Below, piece after piece: positions 40,674 through 55,169 of a stretch of 64,000 bases of DNA. The translations under genes were made by a program, and so were the position numbers. This DNA comes from Eledone cirrhosa (Eukaryota). Under the pieces are notes generated by a model. The model did no database searches. It worked only from the letters and a program-made list of their open reading frames with translations, and was not told where the DNA came from. The stretch lies in assembly GCA_964016885.1 (NCBI GenBank), contig OZ024748.1, forward strand, positions 17,732,001-17,796,000, read 5' to 3'. Positions within the stretch are counted from its first letter, which is position 1, and the number at the start of each line of letters is the position of its first letter.

Positions 40674-40721
40674 AACATTTGATAAGATGGTTCACACTGA
40701 TACATCGAAACCGGTTATATT
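40674..40721 (+). ncRNA. Minimal hammerhead, U3:A8 core variant
   Basis: AACAT TTGATAA GATG...CATC GAAA CCGG TT ATATT, within a degraded fold-back at ~40567-40930. Confidence 0.55.
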
Positions 40722-42000
40722 TTATATATTCTATATACATTATAAAACTCCTTTTTTTTAAAGAATTGTTCCTCTCATTTTTTCAATAATGTCATTATTT
40801 CCAATTCCACCTTTTCTCTATAACCCCTGTTTTGTATAGAACCTTACTCCCTTTTCAAATATACATATATATATATATATATATAGTCTTGTCTTCTCTT
40901 TGTTAATTTTCCTAAGTTTATTATATATACATTTACTGAGTTCAAATCCCGTTAACTTTTAATTGACTTCCCCTCCCCCTAAATTGCTAGCCTTGTGCCT
41001 AAATCAGAAATCATATATTAGGGCAGTGGATTGGCCATAAGGATAGAGTGTCAGACACCATACTTTGCAGCATAGAGTCATAGCCCATTACATTCTGATT
41101 TCAAATCCCACCAAAGTTAGCTTTGCCTTTCATTCATCCTTACAGGGTCGATAAAATAAAGCACCAGTAACGTACTGGGGTCGATTTAATCGATTTTCCC
41201 CTACCTTCAAATTACTGGCCTTGTGCCTATACTAGAAATCATTATATATACATTTATATATATATTTTTTTAAATATATATATATATGTATATGTATTGG
41301 CTGTTTTTCCATCCATGTAAAAACACATACATACACACTCACACACACCCATACATATATACGAACACACATAAATACATATATACACATTCATATATAT
41401 ATATATATATATCTTGGATAAAATGTGTGCATTATTTTCCCCACTTAATAGTTTTGTTTACGAATATTTTCCGAACTTTAAATAAAATGATAACGAATCT
41501 CAAATGTGTTAAAATATTTTGGTTTTCATTCCTTCTCTTTTGCTTTTTTACAATGAAATGTTATGGAGAATAAGAGAGGAGAGAGGAAAAACACAGAAGG
41601 AACTTTTAAAAAATATCGCAAAATATAGACAGCTACGTTTCTTAGACACTTATTGTGTTGTTGCTGTTGTTGTGGTGGTGGTGATGGTGGTGGTTGTGGT
41701 GGTGGTGGTGGTTTGTTTTGTTTTTGTGTTAATGGAATTAAGCCATGTATTATATATATATATATATATATATAGTAATAATAAAAAATGTATATATATA
41801 TATCATCATCCTCATCATCATATATATATATATGTATTTATGTGTGGGTGGGTGTATATATATGCATGTGTACATACCTGTGTGAATGTATGAAAAAAAG
41901 AGAGATATATAGATATACAGGCAGGTAGATAAATAGGGTGAGAATGAGACATTGAAATGTTTGTACAGTATATATTTTCTAATGTATTTTTTATTTTGTA

Positions 42001-42065
<65 letters not shown>

Positions 42066-43150
42066 TTGTGTGTGTGTTATATTTAAATGTACTTGATATA
42101 CCTGAATCTCCATGATAGGAGAATTAGCTAGGAAACAATAACACCAGTGTTTGTTTCATTGCTAGCAATATAAAGGAGAACCTCAAGAGTAGCAGAACTG
42201 TAACAACAATAACCACAACAATAACCACAACAGCAACAAGAAGAGGTAGAGTAAACAGCCAACGGATAAACAACACACTAATGACGCTTACAACAACATC
42301 AACAACAACAATAGCCAATCAACAAGGACATTATAGAAAGCAAAGCAGTTGATAAGGGGATCATGAAGGAGAGCCACCACTTCTGTGGTTTCAGTGGTTG
42401 GGAGGGGTGAAATGATTACATTTAGGAGACTGGGGTACATAACTAGAAAAAAGGGGTTCATATTGTAGGGTTGGTCTAGGGTGCTAAATACCTTGGTCCT
42501 GGTGCTTTATCTGGAAATGGCCAAAGATGACTTGGGACTAAACAATATCAATAATATAATGTCTTTAGATAAATAATTGTTTCTATTTTAGGCACAAGGC
42601 CAGCAATTACCCAGTTCATTACTGGTACTTTATTTTTTCGACCCCGTAAGGATGAAAGGCAAAGTCAACCTCGGCGGGATTTGAACTCAGATCGTAAAGG
42701 GACATAACTATGCTGGAAAGTATGGCGTCCGACCCTCTACCAATACTGCCAATCCACAAATAATGCTTTAAATTTCTTGATGAATGGATGCTATAAATGT
42801 GCCTTGCCTTGGACCCTGTAAGTTCTGATTGAGATGTAAGGGTGTCGTTGTGACATATATATATATATATAAAAGTCTAAAGTCTGTCTTAAGCCAGAAG
42901 GCTCATTTTGCCAGTGCTTATCCGGGTTCCATGGCATGAAGCGACTGAGAGTACAAGACTCCCCCGGGACAGGACACCAGTCCATCGCAGGGTTAAACCC
43001 CCAGCTATTGCTGGTACTCGTTTTTAGCTGAGTATACTGGAACAACATGAAATGAAGTGTTTTGTTCAAGAACACAACATGCAATCCAGGAATTGAACCC
43101 ACAACTTTATGATCGTAAGTCCAAATCGCTTACCACTAGGCCACGTGCCT

Positions 43151-43218
<68 letters not shown>

Positions 43219-43251
43219 TACATGAATCAAAGTTCTGTTCAAATCATTTAT

Positions 43252-43300
43252 TCGCTTACAATTGTTTCTTCCAAACCGAGGTTTGGAGTCTTCAGAGCAA
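43252..43300 (-). ncRNA. Minimal type I hammerhead at the end of a PLE 3' UTR remnant (43213-43680)
   Basis: TTGCT CTGAAGA CTCCAAACCTCGGTTTGGAA GAAA CAATTG TA AGCGA. Confidence 0.85.
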
Positions 43301-44863
43301 TTTTTCAATGATTGTTTACATACGTGACCTCCTTTTCAACACAAGAGACATACAGAAACATATGTACATATTGATGCACAGTGGGTTGACATCCATTATA
43401 ATATTTAAGCATGGCAGTTTACATTCAAAGATTAAAGTCATATTAAAAGAAAATTACAACAAATTTAAGTTATAATACAACATTGGCAGTTTACGAAGAT
43501 GATGCAGGAGGATAGTTAGAAGTAGTTAGTTACACGTGGGGCATGCACGTGTGTCCTATTTATATAGGATTATAGTGCGGTAAGGTGTTATATGGAATAT
43601 AAGCACTTTAAGCGGGCAATTAAGAGTATTATTTAGTATATACATAATTAAGAGTATTATTTAGTATATACATAGCCATAAATAGTATCCTTAATACTAT
43701 ATATATATATATACTCATACACCCGTGCACACACACACATATTTCATTATATATGTATGTATACACACACACACACACTCATATATGTATATCTATATTT
43801 TCTATTGTCTTCGCAATAATTGAAAAAAACAAATGATGGGTTAAATAAATAATTGTTTCTACTTTTGGCACAAGGCCAGCAATTACCCAGTGCATTACTG
43901 GTACTTTATTTTATTGACCCATAAGGATGAAAGGCAAAGTTAACCTCGGCGGGATTTGAACTCAGAATGGAAAAGGCCGTAACTCCATGCTGGAAAGCAT
44001 GGCGTCCGACCCTCTACCGATACTGCCAATCCAGTGCCCTTATTAAATAAATAATGTAATCTTTGTTTTTGTTTTTGTTTTATATAAATACAACATCAAT
44101 AGAAGAGATGGCTGGAAACTTTGGAGTGAAGCATAGAAGGTAAAGTTGTAGAAAACTTAGATGTCACTAGATAAGGGTGGGAGGTGGGGGTGGTGGTGGA
44201 GGAGGAGGATGGGGAGGAAGAAGAAAAATGAGTGGAAGAAGAAAAGGAGGAATGAGAAGGAAGAGGAAGAAGCAGCAGAAGAATGAGTGGAAGAAGAAGA
44301 AGAGGAGGAGTGATAATGATACAAGATACCAAAACTAGTGAATGGGGATGTGTGGGGGTGACAGAGGCAAAATCATGACATTGTTGTTGTTATCAATATC
44401 ATTATCATAACATCTAAAACAATGAACAAATACAACTGTAAATATTGGAATCTTTAAAGTAAAATAATAAAACAAAACAAAACAAAGATACAAAGACACA
44501 AAGACACAAACAAAACAAAACAAAGATATAAAGACACAAAGACACAAACAAAACAAAACAAAGATACAAAGACACAAAGACACAAACAAAACAAATAAAC
44601 ATGAAACATCCGGCTTCAATAAGAGATTAATGATATTTGTAGTATTAGAGAAGATAAAGAGAAAAGACAAAAGAAAATCTGGTTCTTTTTAAAACTTACA
44701 CATTTGAAAGTAATCTCTTGCCAAAATTTTATAAAAGTTGACGCATTAACAACCTAAAATAAGTATAGAAAAACATAGAAACGAAGAATTTTAAATAATT
44801 TGGAGACACGTTTTGGCAAAAAATACAAAAGTTAATAATAATACAAAATATAATAATAATAAT

Positions 44864-46012
44864 AATTGTTTCTACTTTTGGCACAAGGCCAGAAATTACC
44901 CAGTGCATTACTGGTACTTTATTTTATCGACCCCGTAAGGATGAAAGGCAAAGTTAACCTCGGTGGGATTTGAACTCAAAATGGCATGGGTCGTAACTCT
45001 ATGCGTCAAAGCATGGCGTCCGACTCTCTGCCTATACTGCCAATCCACCGCCTTTAATAATTGTTTTTACTTTAGGCACAAGGCCAGCAATTACCCAGTA
45101 CATTACAGGTACTTTATTTTATTGACCTCGTAAGGATGAAAGGCAAAGTTAACTAATAATAATTAAAATAATTGTTTCTACTTTAGGCACAAGGCCAGCA
45201 ATTACCCAGTGCATTACTGGTACTTTATTTTATCGACCCCGTAAGGATGAAAGGCAAAGTCAACCTCGGTGGGATTTGAACTCAGACCATAAAGGGACGT
45301 AACTCTGCTGCAAATCACGGTGTCCGAACCTCCACTGATACTGCCAATCCACCACCCTATAATAATAATAATGGTTTCTTATATAGGCACAAGGCCAGCA
45401 ATTTGAGGTGAAGGGGAAACTCGATTAAATCAACCCCAGTGCATTACTGGTACTTTATTTTATCAACCCTGTAAGGATGAAAGACAAAATTCACCTCAGC
45501 ACTATTTGAACTCAGAATGTAAAGTGCCATAACTCTATGGCCCTAAGCATGTCCGACACTCTACCGATTCCGCCAATAATAATAATGGTTTCTGATTTAG
45601 GCACAAGGCCAGCAATTTGGTGAGGAGGGAAAAGTCGATTAAATCAACGCCAGTGCGTTACTGGTACTTTATTTTATCAACCCCCATAAAGATGGATGAA
45701 AGGCAAAGTTAACTTTGGTGGGATTTGAAATCAGACTGTAAAGGGCCACAACTCTATGCTGCAAAACATGGTGTCTGACGCTCTACCGATTACTGCCAAT
45801 CCACTGCCCTAATATAATGATTTCTGATTTAGGCTAGGCACAAGGCCAGCAATTTGGGGGGGAGGGGAAGTCGATTAAATGGAACCCAGTGCGTTACTGG
45901 TACTTTATTTTATCAATCCCTGTAAGGATGGCAGGCAAAACTCACGATGGCAAAACTCACGTAAAGGGCCATAGTTCTATGCCACGAAGTATGGTGTCTG
46001 ACATTCTACTGA
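44864..46012 (-). mobile_element. Stack of six head-to-tail tRNA-derived SINEs
   Basis: GGCACAAGGCCAG tail motif at ~44881, 45075, 45186, 45386, 45600 and 45837, with (AAT)n spacers. Confidence 0.9.
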
Positions 46013-46224
46013 TTATTCCCTGACCACTTCCCTCTCTAGAGGTGAAGCTAAGTAAAGTAGTGTGACTTGCTCAAGGATACACACATATATATAAATGTAG
46101 AGTGGCATGTAATGGTTGCAACTATTGAAATTTTAAAATATTTAATCCAATCACACTAAGTTGGATGAGTTGAATTGTTATATACACACAGACACATGTA
46201 TATATACATATATATATATATGTA

Positions 46225-46283
<59 letters not shown>

Positions 46284-47411
46284 ATATATATATATGTATA
46301 TGTGTATATATATATGTCTGTGTGTATATGTATGTATATGTGTATATATATATATATATAAATATGTGTGTGTGTGTGTATATATATGTATGTGTATATA
46401 TATACATGTGTATATATATGTGTGTGTGTGTATGTATATGTGTGTGTATATATATGTATATGTGTATATATATATATGTGTGTGTGTGTGTATATATATG
46501 TATATGTGTATATATATATATATGTGTGTGTATATATATATATGTATATGTGTATATATATATGTGTGTGTGTGTATATATATGTATATGTGTATATATA
46601 TATATATATGTGTGTGTGTATATATATATGTATATGTGTATATATATATGTGTGTATATATATGTATATGTGTATATATATATGTGTGTATATATATGTA
46701 TATGTGTATATGTATGTGTGTGTGTGTGTATATATATATGTATATGTGTATATATATAAGTGTGTGTGTGTATATGTATATGTGTATATATATGTATATG
46801 TGTATATATATGTGTGTATATATATATATATGTGTGTATATATATGTATATGTGTATATATATGTGTGTGTGTGTGTATATATATATGTATATGTGTATA
46901 TATATATGTGTGTGTATATATATGTATATGTGTATATATATATATGTGTGTGTATATATATGTATATGTGTATATATATATATGTGTGTGTATATATATA
47001 TATGTATATGTGTATATATATGTGTGTGTGTGTATATATATGTATATGTGTATATATATGTGTGTGTATATATATATATATATGTATATGTGTATATATA
47101 TATATGTGTGTGCGTATATATATATATGTATATGTGTATATATATGTGTGTGTGTATATATATGTATATGTGTATATATATATATGTATGCGTGTATATA
47201 TATATGTATGTGTGTATATATATATATATGTATATGAGTATATATATGTATATATATATGTATATGTATATATATATATGTGTGTATATATATATGTAAA
47301 TGTGTATATGTATATATATTTATATATATGTATATGTATTTATATGTGTATATATGTATATGTATATATGTATGTATATGTATATGTAGATATGTATGTG
47401 TTTATGTATAA

Positions 47412-47464
<53 letters not shown>

Positions 47465-47564
47465 GAGGTTATATTTAATTTGTTGGGATTCAACAAGCTT
47501 AAAAATGTTTATAACTGATTTAAAGCACTCAACAGTTAGTGGAGTAAATACACAATATATTAAT

Positions 47565-47915
47565 AAATGGAAACTATATTTATAAAACCATAATTATTTT
47601 ATTATACATATTTCAAGGGCAACCAAGGCAAATTATGGTGCGCTTTCATCAGATAAAATACAGATTTGTATTATAAATAAATATTGACATAACCCGGAAA
47701 AAAGACAACCTTAACTAGCTAAGAAGCTCCAACCGTTAAGGTTGTCTTTTTTTCCGGGTATGTCAATATATATTTATAAAACAAATCTGTATTTTATCTG
47801 ATGAAAGCGCACCATAATTTGCCTTGGTTGCCCTTGAAATATGTATAATAAAATAAATATGGTTTTATAAATATAGTTTCCATTTATAAATATGGTTTTA
47901 TAAATATAGTTTCCA
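47565..47915. mobile_element. Fold-back with inverted HHR pair (47595-47660 -, 47790-47855 +)
   Basis: TATTTTAT CTGATGA AAGCGCACCA...TGGTTGCCCTT GAAA TATGTA TA ATAAAATA. Confidence 0.85.
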
Positions 47916-48227
47916 TTTGTAAATATCATCTTGGTTAAGAGAGTGGGACTGGCTTTGTGCAGTGCCTTTGCTCACTATAAAAGCTTCATGGCACAGGCAT
48001 TGCTTTATATCTGGAGATCTCTCTGCACTTGTTGTCACATGGTACCATGGGCCCAGCACTATGTGTCAATAATTGTCACAAGTGTAGTGTTTGTACCAGA
48101 GTTTCCAAGTCGCTGGCTGGACTAAAAAGTCATACTCGTTCAGTGCATCGGTAGCGGTTCTCCTACATGGATATAAAGTAGTGGCCTTACTCGAAAACGA
48201 GTTGGCAGCCACCATATATATGTATAA

Positions 48228-48304
<77 letters not shown>

Positions 48305-48348
48305 TATATAAAGTAAAAATATTTTCGAAACCGCGAGTGGGTTTAAAA

Positions 48349-48560
48349 TTATTAGAAATGTAAGCTATCGCCGTATTTTCACTAAAGAAATTAAGGAAAT
48401 TATTTAGCCTGATAGTGGGGTTAAGAACCCTCGGAGAAATGGAAAAAGATGAGTATTGACGTACTCATCTTTTTCCATTTTTGCGAGGGTTCTTAACCCC
48501 ACTATCAGGCTAAATAATTTCTTTAATTTCTTTAGTCAAAATACGCTTACATTTCTAATA
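48349..48560. repeat. Fold-back inverted repeat without a canonical HHR core
   Basis: Arms pair around the centre at ~48458. CTGATAG is followed by a hairpin, but the core is not intact. Confidence 0.8.
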
Positions 48561-48853
48561 TATAAATATATGTATAAGTGTATATATATATATATAAATA
48601 TATGTATAAGTGTGTATATATATGTGTGTGTGTGTGTGTGTTTGGCATTAATCATTCAGGACTGCTTGCTATCAGCTGTGGGGTTTGTAAATAGGTTAAA
48701 AGTTCTTGTTGATAAACTTTTGTTTCTAAACTTCATTTTCTGTCAAATGTTATATATGGGACAGCTTGACTCAACTAACAGATGTCTGATGGTAGACAGA
48801 TACAGATAGAAACACACATACACACCATCTATATATATGTATACATGCATAAG

Positions 48854-48950
<97 letters not shown>

Positions 48951-49060
48951 ATCTATACATATCCATCTGTTTATATTTGTGTGGCATATATACAATTCTT
49001 TATATATATATATATGTATATATATATATGTATATGTATATATATGTATATGTATATATT

Positions 49061-49106
<46 letters not shown>

Positions 49107-49113
49107 TATACAC

Positions 49114-49145
<32 letters not shown>

Positions 49146-49178
49146 CCATTTGTCTATATTTGTGTGGTATACATACAA

Positions 49179-49285
<107 letters not shown>

Positions 49286-49298
49286 TGTATATATATAG

Positions 49299-49331
<33 letters not shown>

Positions 49332-49373
49332 TAGATAAATATACACGGGTGTGTATGAATGTGTATAGAAGAT

Positions 49374-49792
49374 TATATTAATAAAAGGAATTCCAACTTT
49401 GTCTGATTTACTCGTTTTATTTACAATCCTTTAAAATTTATAATGGTATTAGAATGAAATAGTATGGTAGAATATTAAATTCTAAGTGTTAATTGAACAA
49501 GTACTTTCATGCTTTCGCAATCTTCAGGTTCATAATGTGTGGTGACAGTCATGTTTGCAATTTTCAACCAATCAGTTGAAAATTTCAACTGTAAACAGTT
49601 GAAAATTGCAAACTTGACTGTCACCACACATTATGAACCTGAAGATTACGAAAGCATGAAAGTACTTGTTCAATTAACACTTAGAATTTAATATTCTACC
49701 ATACTATTTCATTCTAATACCATTATAAATTTTAAAGGATTGTAAATAAAACGAGTAAATCAGACAAAGTTGGAATTCCTTTTATTAATATA
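49374..49792. mobile_element. Fold-back with inverted HHR pair (49494-49532 -, 49634-49672 +)
   Basis: TGAAC CTGAAGA TTGC-GAAA-GCAT GAAA GTAC TT GTTCA; arms of ~200 bp. Confidence 0.85.
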
Positions 49793-49916
49793 TATATATA
49801 TATACATGTATGTATATATGTATATGTATATATTCATATATATATATATGCATACATACATACATATACTTACAGACACACATAAACATACCCAAACATA
49901 CATACATATATATATA

Positions 49917-49959
<43 letters not shown>

Positions 49960-50067
49960 AATGAATAATAACAGGTAGACATCATAAAAAGGTAATTTAT
50001 TCCGTGTGCTTACAAATGTTTCCACGGTGGTACTACAGCCATTACTACATCTTGGGTAATCCTATAC

Positions 50068-50123
<56 letters not shown>

Positions 50124-50146
50124 GAGATAAATATATATATAGAGAG

Positions 50147-50210
<64 letters not shown>

Positions 50211-50212
<2 letters not shown>

Positions 50213-51080
50213 CCTTAAAATTAACCTGGCTAAGACTAAAGTTCTAGTTTGTAGGAAAGAAAATAAGGCGGCGGTCCCATCGGGGAAATGGCCATGCTCA
50301 GTGTGTAGGAAAGGCGTAGGTAGAAACTCCATTTTATGTCCCAAATGCAAAGTATGGGTGCATAAAAGATGTAGTGGGATCACAGGTAAGCTAACTAAGA
50401 ACATAGATTTTACATGTGGCTGGTGCTCTGGTGCAATAAGTAGCAGCAAGTGCCCACAAAATACTAGCTCCTTCAACTGCGCAGAGGGTTCTATAGAAAT
50501 AGTGGACAGCTTCCGTTATCTGGGTGACAAAATCAGCAGTGGGGGAGGGTGCTCTGAAAGTACAGTAGCTAGAGTCAGAACTGGATGGAAAAAGTTCAGA
50601 GAGCTTATACCACTATTAGCCGCTAGAGGGTTCTCCCTAAAAATGAAAGGCAGGTTATACGATGCCTGCATACGAACAGCAATGCTGCATGGCAGTGAGA
50701 CCTGGGCATTGTGTGCAGAGGATATACGCAGACTAGAGAGGAACGAAGCTTGCATGCTCCGCTGGATGTGCAATAGTAATATACGTGAACGGCAAAGCAT
50801 AAACGAACTAAGGAAAAAATTAGAAATAAGAGGGATCAGATGTTGTTTACTCGAGAGAAGGCTACGTTGGTACGGTCACGTGATGCGCATGAAAGACGAC
50901 AGCTGTATAACAAAGTGCAGGGCAATAAAGATAGACGGTAGCCACGGAGTAGGCAGACCCAGAAAAACATGGGACGAGCTGATAAATTCCGACCTCACAC
51001 GCTTACACCTCTCCAAGACAATGTCACTGGACCGAGACCTTTGGCGGTACTCAGTAATAGAGAAGACCCGCCTTACCTAA
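50211..51080 (+). CDS. 5'-truncated RTE-clade LINE ORF (C-terminal RT/thumb with inserted PHD-like zinc finger)
   Basis: GLKINLAKTKV, CSVC..C..C..WVHKRC..C..C, FRYLG, LHGSETW, RRLRWYGHVMR, GRPRKTW; no stop codon over 870 nt. Confidence 0.92.
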
Positions 51081-51590
51081 ATACAAAGTAAAAACCTACT
51101 ACAGTCAGTAGGCATCTCTATCAAAACACACCCCCGTCCCACCACCTCCACCCCACCCACACCGCCCCTTTCAATGTAAAGTTATGTTGGTCCCACAACA
51201 TCCAGGCCGAAACAAATGAGATCGTGTAGGTGTCACGACAAAAAACACACAGTCCACGCTGTAAATGTGGCCGTGTAGGCAACACGGTAAAAACCTCCCA
51301 GCCCCACACTGTAAATGTGGTTGGTGTTAGGAAGGGCATCCAGCTGTAGAAAACCCGCCAGACAGTCCACGCTGTAATGTGGCCGTGTAGGCAACACGGT
51401 AAAAACCTCCCAGCCCCACACTGTAAATGTGGTTGGTGTTAGGAAGGGCATCCAACTGTAGAAAACCCGCCAGACAGTCCTATGCGAGCAAGACAACCAC
51501 TCTTGCCTCAAGTGGGAAAACCCCCGTCCAAACCCATGCAAGCGTGGAACACGGACGCTAAACCTGATGATGATGATGATGATGATGATA
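51081..51590 (+). mobile_element. RTE 3' UTR/tail with a ~113-bp duplication, ending in (GAT)n
   Basis: The GTTGGTGTTAGGAAGGGCATCCAGCTGTAGAAA module also occurs at ~22770-22960, 31310-31450, 31520-31670, 34048-34203, 53985-54120, 54480-54800 and 56380-56585. Confidence 0.75.
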
Positions 51591-51643
51591 TATATAAATA
51601 TATATATATATATAAATATATAAATATATATATATATATAGAG

Positions 51644-51718
<75 letters not shown>

Positions 51719-51722
<4 letters not shown>

Positions 51723-52209
51723 AGTATGTATGTATACGTACATACATATATGTATACAGATGTACAGTAGCATGCACATATATATATACATATATATACA
51801 TACACATATACATACAGGTACACATACATATATGCACGTATCAGTTTAGGCTGCTCAGCCGTTAATTTTCATAAGGAAAGTATATACTTTCGAACGTTCA
51901 ACTATCTGGCAGAAGGGTATACGGTGCTGATGATAGCTAACAAGCTTGAAACTAGTACATCGTTCCTGTGTCAGTGTTGAACAAAAAGGTGACGTGGTTG
52001 CCTTAACACTGTATGGCATAAATTCAGGCTGTTCAGTTTGTTTACAAACGAACAAAGCGGCGTTATAATAAGCATCCGCTAAACTGATACGTGCATATAT
52101 GTATGTGTACCTGTATGTATATGTGTATGTATATATATGTATATATATATGTGCATGCTACTGTACGTCTGTATACATATATGTATGTACGTATACATAC
52201 ATACTTACA
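51719..52209. mobile_element. Fold-back element enclosing one HHR
   Basis: Arms ~51719-51848 and 52080-52209. Confidence 0.75.
51921..51963 (+). ncRNA. Minimal type I hammerhead (43 nt)
   Basis: ACGGTG CTGATGA TAGCT-AACA-AGCTT GAAA CTAG TA CATCGT. Confidence 0.85.
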
Positions 52210-52267
52210 TTTAAGTAAGTGCCGTACTAAGAGTGAGAAATGAAATTTCGTTTTCATTTTATTTCAA

Positions 52268-52395
<128 letters not shown>

Positions 52396-52398
52396 AAT

Positions 52399-52469
<71 letters not shown>

Positions 52470-54295
52470 TGCACACAGAGAGAGGATAGGCTTGTGAATG
52501 TGAAAGAGAAGTCATTCTATTTTGAGTGAAAGTTTCCAAACCATTTCTAATGTTGGTCAGCACTTATTGACCCACGCAGTCTGTGATGCAAAAACTCAAA
52601 CATCTTTAAGCTGAATGCAATCAGCCTTAGAGTAATTCTTGTAGAAATATAGAAGTGAATAAGGAAATGGTATTGACTGACAAGTGTGAAATCAGCTATA
52701 AATCAGTTATAACTGTTGGTGAGGATAGTACAGGGGGGAGGGAAGGGGGGGGTGACTGAGAGAGAGAGAGATGGTGGAGTGGGAAGGGGAAGAGAAGAGG
52801 GAGAGATTGGGATAGATAGAGCGAGGAGAGAGTATGATAGTTAGATAGAGAGGGTGAGATAGAGAGAAGGGGAGACGAGAGAGTGAGATTCAGAGATAGA
52901 GAGGATAGAGAGAGGAGAGTGAGATAGAGAGGATAGAGGGAGATGGAGAGAGGAGAGAGAGGAGAGATTGAGATAGAGAGGATAGGGTGAGATAGTGAAA
53001 GGAGAGAATAGGATAGAGAGAAGAGAAAGAGTGAGAGAGAGAGATAGTGAGATAGAGAGAGGAGAGAGTGAGATAGAGAGAGGATAGAGTGAGATAGAGA
53101 GAAGAGAGAGTGAGATAGAGAGAGGAGAGAGTGAGATAGAGAGAGGAGAGGGTGAGATATAGAGGATAGCGTGAGATAGAGAGAAGAGAGAGAGTGAGAT
53201 AGAGAGAGGAGAGAGTGCGATAGAGAGAAGAGAGAGTGAGATAGAGAGAGGAGAGAGAGAGTGAGATAGAGAGAGGAGAGAGAGAGTGAGACACATAACT
53301 GTATATGTAGTTTTGTATCTGACAGAGAATTTAAGAAAATGATACATAAAAATGTATGTATGTATGTATATATGTATGTGTGTGTGTGTGTATGTATGTT
53401 TGTATGTGTGTATATGTGTATGTATGTGTGTGTGGAAGGATATGTATGTATTTATGTGTGTATCTATGTATTTATGTATGTATATATGTATATATATATA
53501 TATATGTATGTAAGTGTGTATGTATTTATGTACATATGTATATATATATGTGTGTGTATGTATGTATTTATGTATGTGTATATATATGTGTATGTATGTG
53601 TGTCTGTATGTATTTATGTTCGTGTGTATATATGTATGTATGGATATGTATATTTGTATGTCTGTATTTATGTGTGTATGTCTGTATGTATGTATGTATG
53701 TATATATGTGTATGTATGTATGTATGTATGTGTATGTATATATGTATCATCATGGACATCTGTTTTCCCTGCTAGCAAGGATTGTATGAGTTGTCACAGA
53801 CCAAATCAATATTTAATAAAAACCACTGACCTCACAGATGTGCTGACAGCCACATTAGCTTACATACATTGCTGTACTTTGCACAATGTATTGAGTACAT
53901 TTTATTGTGGTGTCAGTGCTAGGAGGGGGTTATCATTTCTTTATATATATATAAATATATTTCTTTATCATTTCATTTCATTTCATTTTACGTCCGCTTT
54001 TTCCCTGCTTGCAAGGGTGGGACAGGAACTGATTTTGGCTTGATTTCTACAGCTGGATGCCCTTCCTAACACCAACCTCATTTACAGTGAGTGCTGGGTG
54101 CTTTTTTGCCGTGGCACCTCCACAACCATTTTGCAGTGGAATGATATGGACCTCAGTCCCTATCATCTCATTTCTACAGCTGAGTAAACTGAAGCAATGT
54201 GAAATAAAGTGTCTTGCTCAAGGAAACAACACATCACCCAGTCTGAGAATTGAACTCACTCCATATATATATATAGAGAGAGAGAGTAATAATAT

Positions 54296-54353
<58 letters not shown>

Positions 54354-54799
54354 ATAATAATAAATTTGAAAACTAAAATCCAAAGAGGGCTCGATAAGGG
54401 TGAAAGCAGCGATTCTCTCCTCTCTCTAATGATGCCAGTAGGGAAAGCAGATGTTAAATGATGATGATACATATCTATATCATCATCATCATCATCACCG
54501 TTTTACGTCCATCCTTCCACGCTAGCATGGATTAGACGGGTTGTCCTGTTGTGGGCAGTGTCCAGTCAGCTGACCTTGTCTTGCTCATACGGGAACTGAT
54601 TCTGGCTTGATTTCTACAGCTGGATGACCTTCCTAACGCCAACCTCATTTACAGTGAGTGCTGGGAGATTTTTTCTGTGGTGCCTACACGTCCACTTTAC
54701 AGTGTGGGCTGGGTGCCTTTTTCCGTAGCACCTCCACGACTACTTTGCAGTGGGAGGGGGGCATATTGTCTATATGCATCAGCTTAGGCTTGTTCCTGT

Positions 54800-55050
54800 G
54801 GGAAGTCGGGTCTTCTGTATTACTGCATGACACCAGAGTATTGGGTAAGGTTGGCTTTTATCACCTCATCCCAGGACTTTTTGGGTCTCCCCACTCCGCG
54901 ACATTCATCGATTTCTAGTGCTCTGCACCTTTTTATGCAGCTGTCATCCTTCGTACGCATCACATGTCCATACCAACACAACCTCCTCTTATGCTCAGCC
55001 TCTCTCTCAATTCGTTTATGCTTTGCCGTTCGCGTATTACACATCCGTTT
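54800..55050 (-). pseudogene. RTE LINE 3' ORF fragment
   Basis: RRLCWYGHVMRTKDDSCIKRC...GRPKKSWDE, paralogous to 50301-51080. Confidence 0.85.
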
Positions 55051-55068
55051 ATATATATATATATACAC

Positions 55069-55107
<39 letters not shown>

Positions 55108-55169
55108 ATACTTTGGGAGGGTCATGTTACCAATAAGAAACACACGCACCAGTTGCTTTCACTTCAATA

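Noticed and set aside
42102-42127. Minus-strand 26-nt micro-exon (AG...CAG/GT)
   Set aside because: Splice signals are plausible, but there is no partner exon or homology to support a call.
48405-48450. Possible HHR in a fold-back
   Set aside because: The core reads CTGATAG, GAAA is misplaced and there is no stem I.
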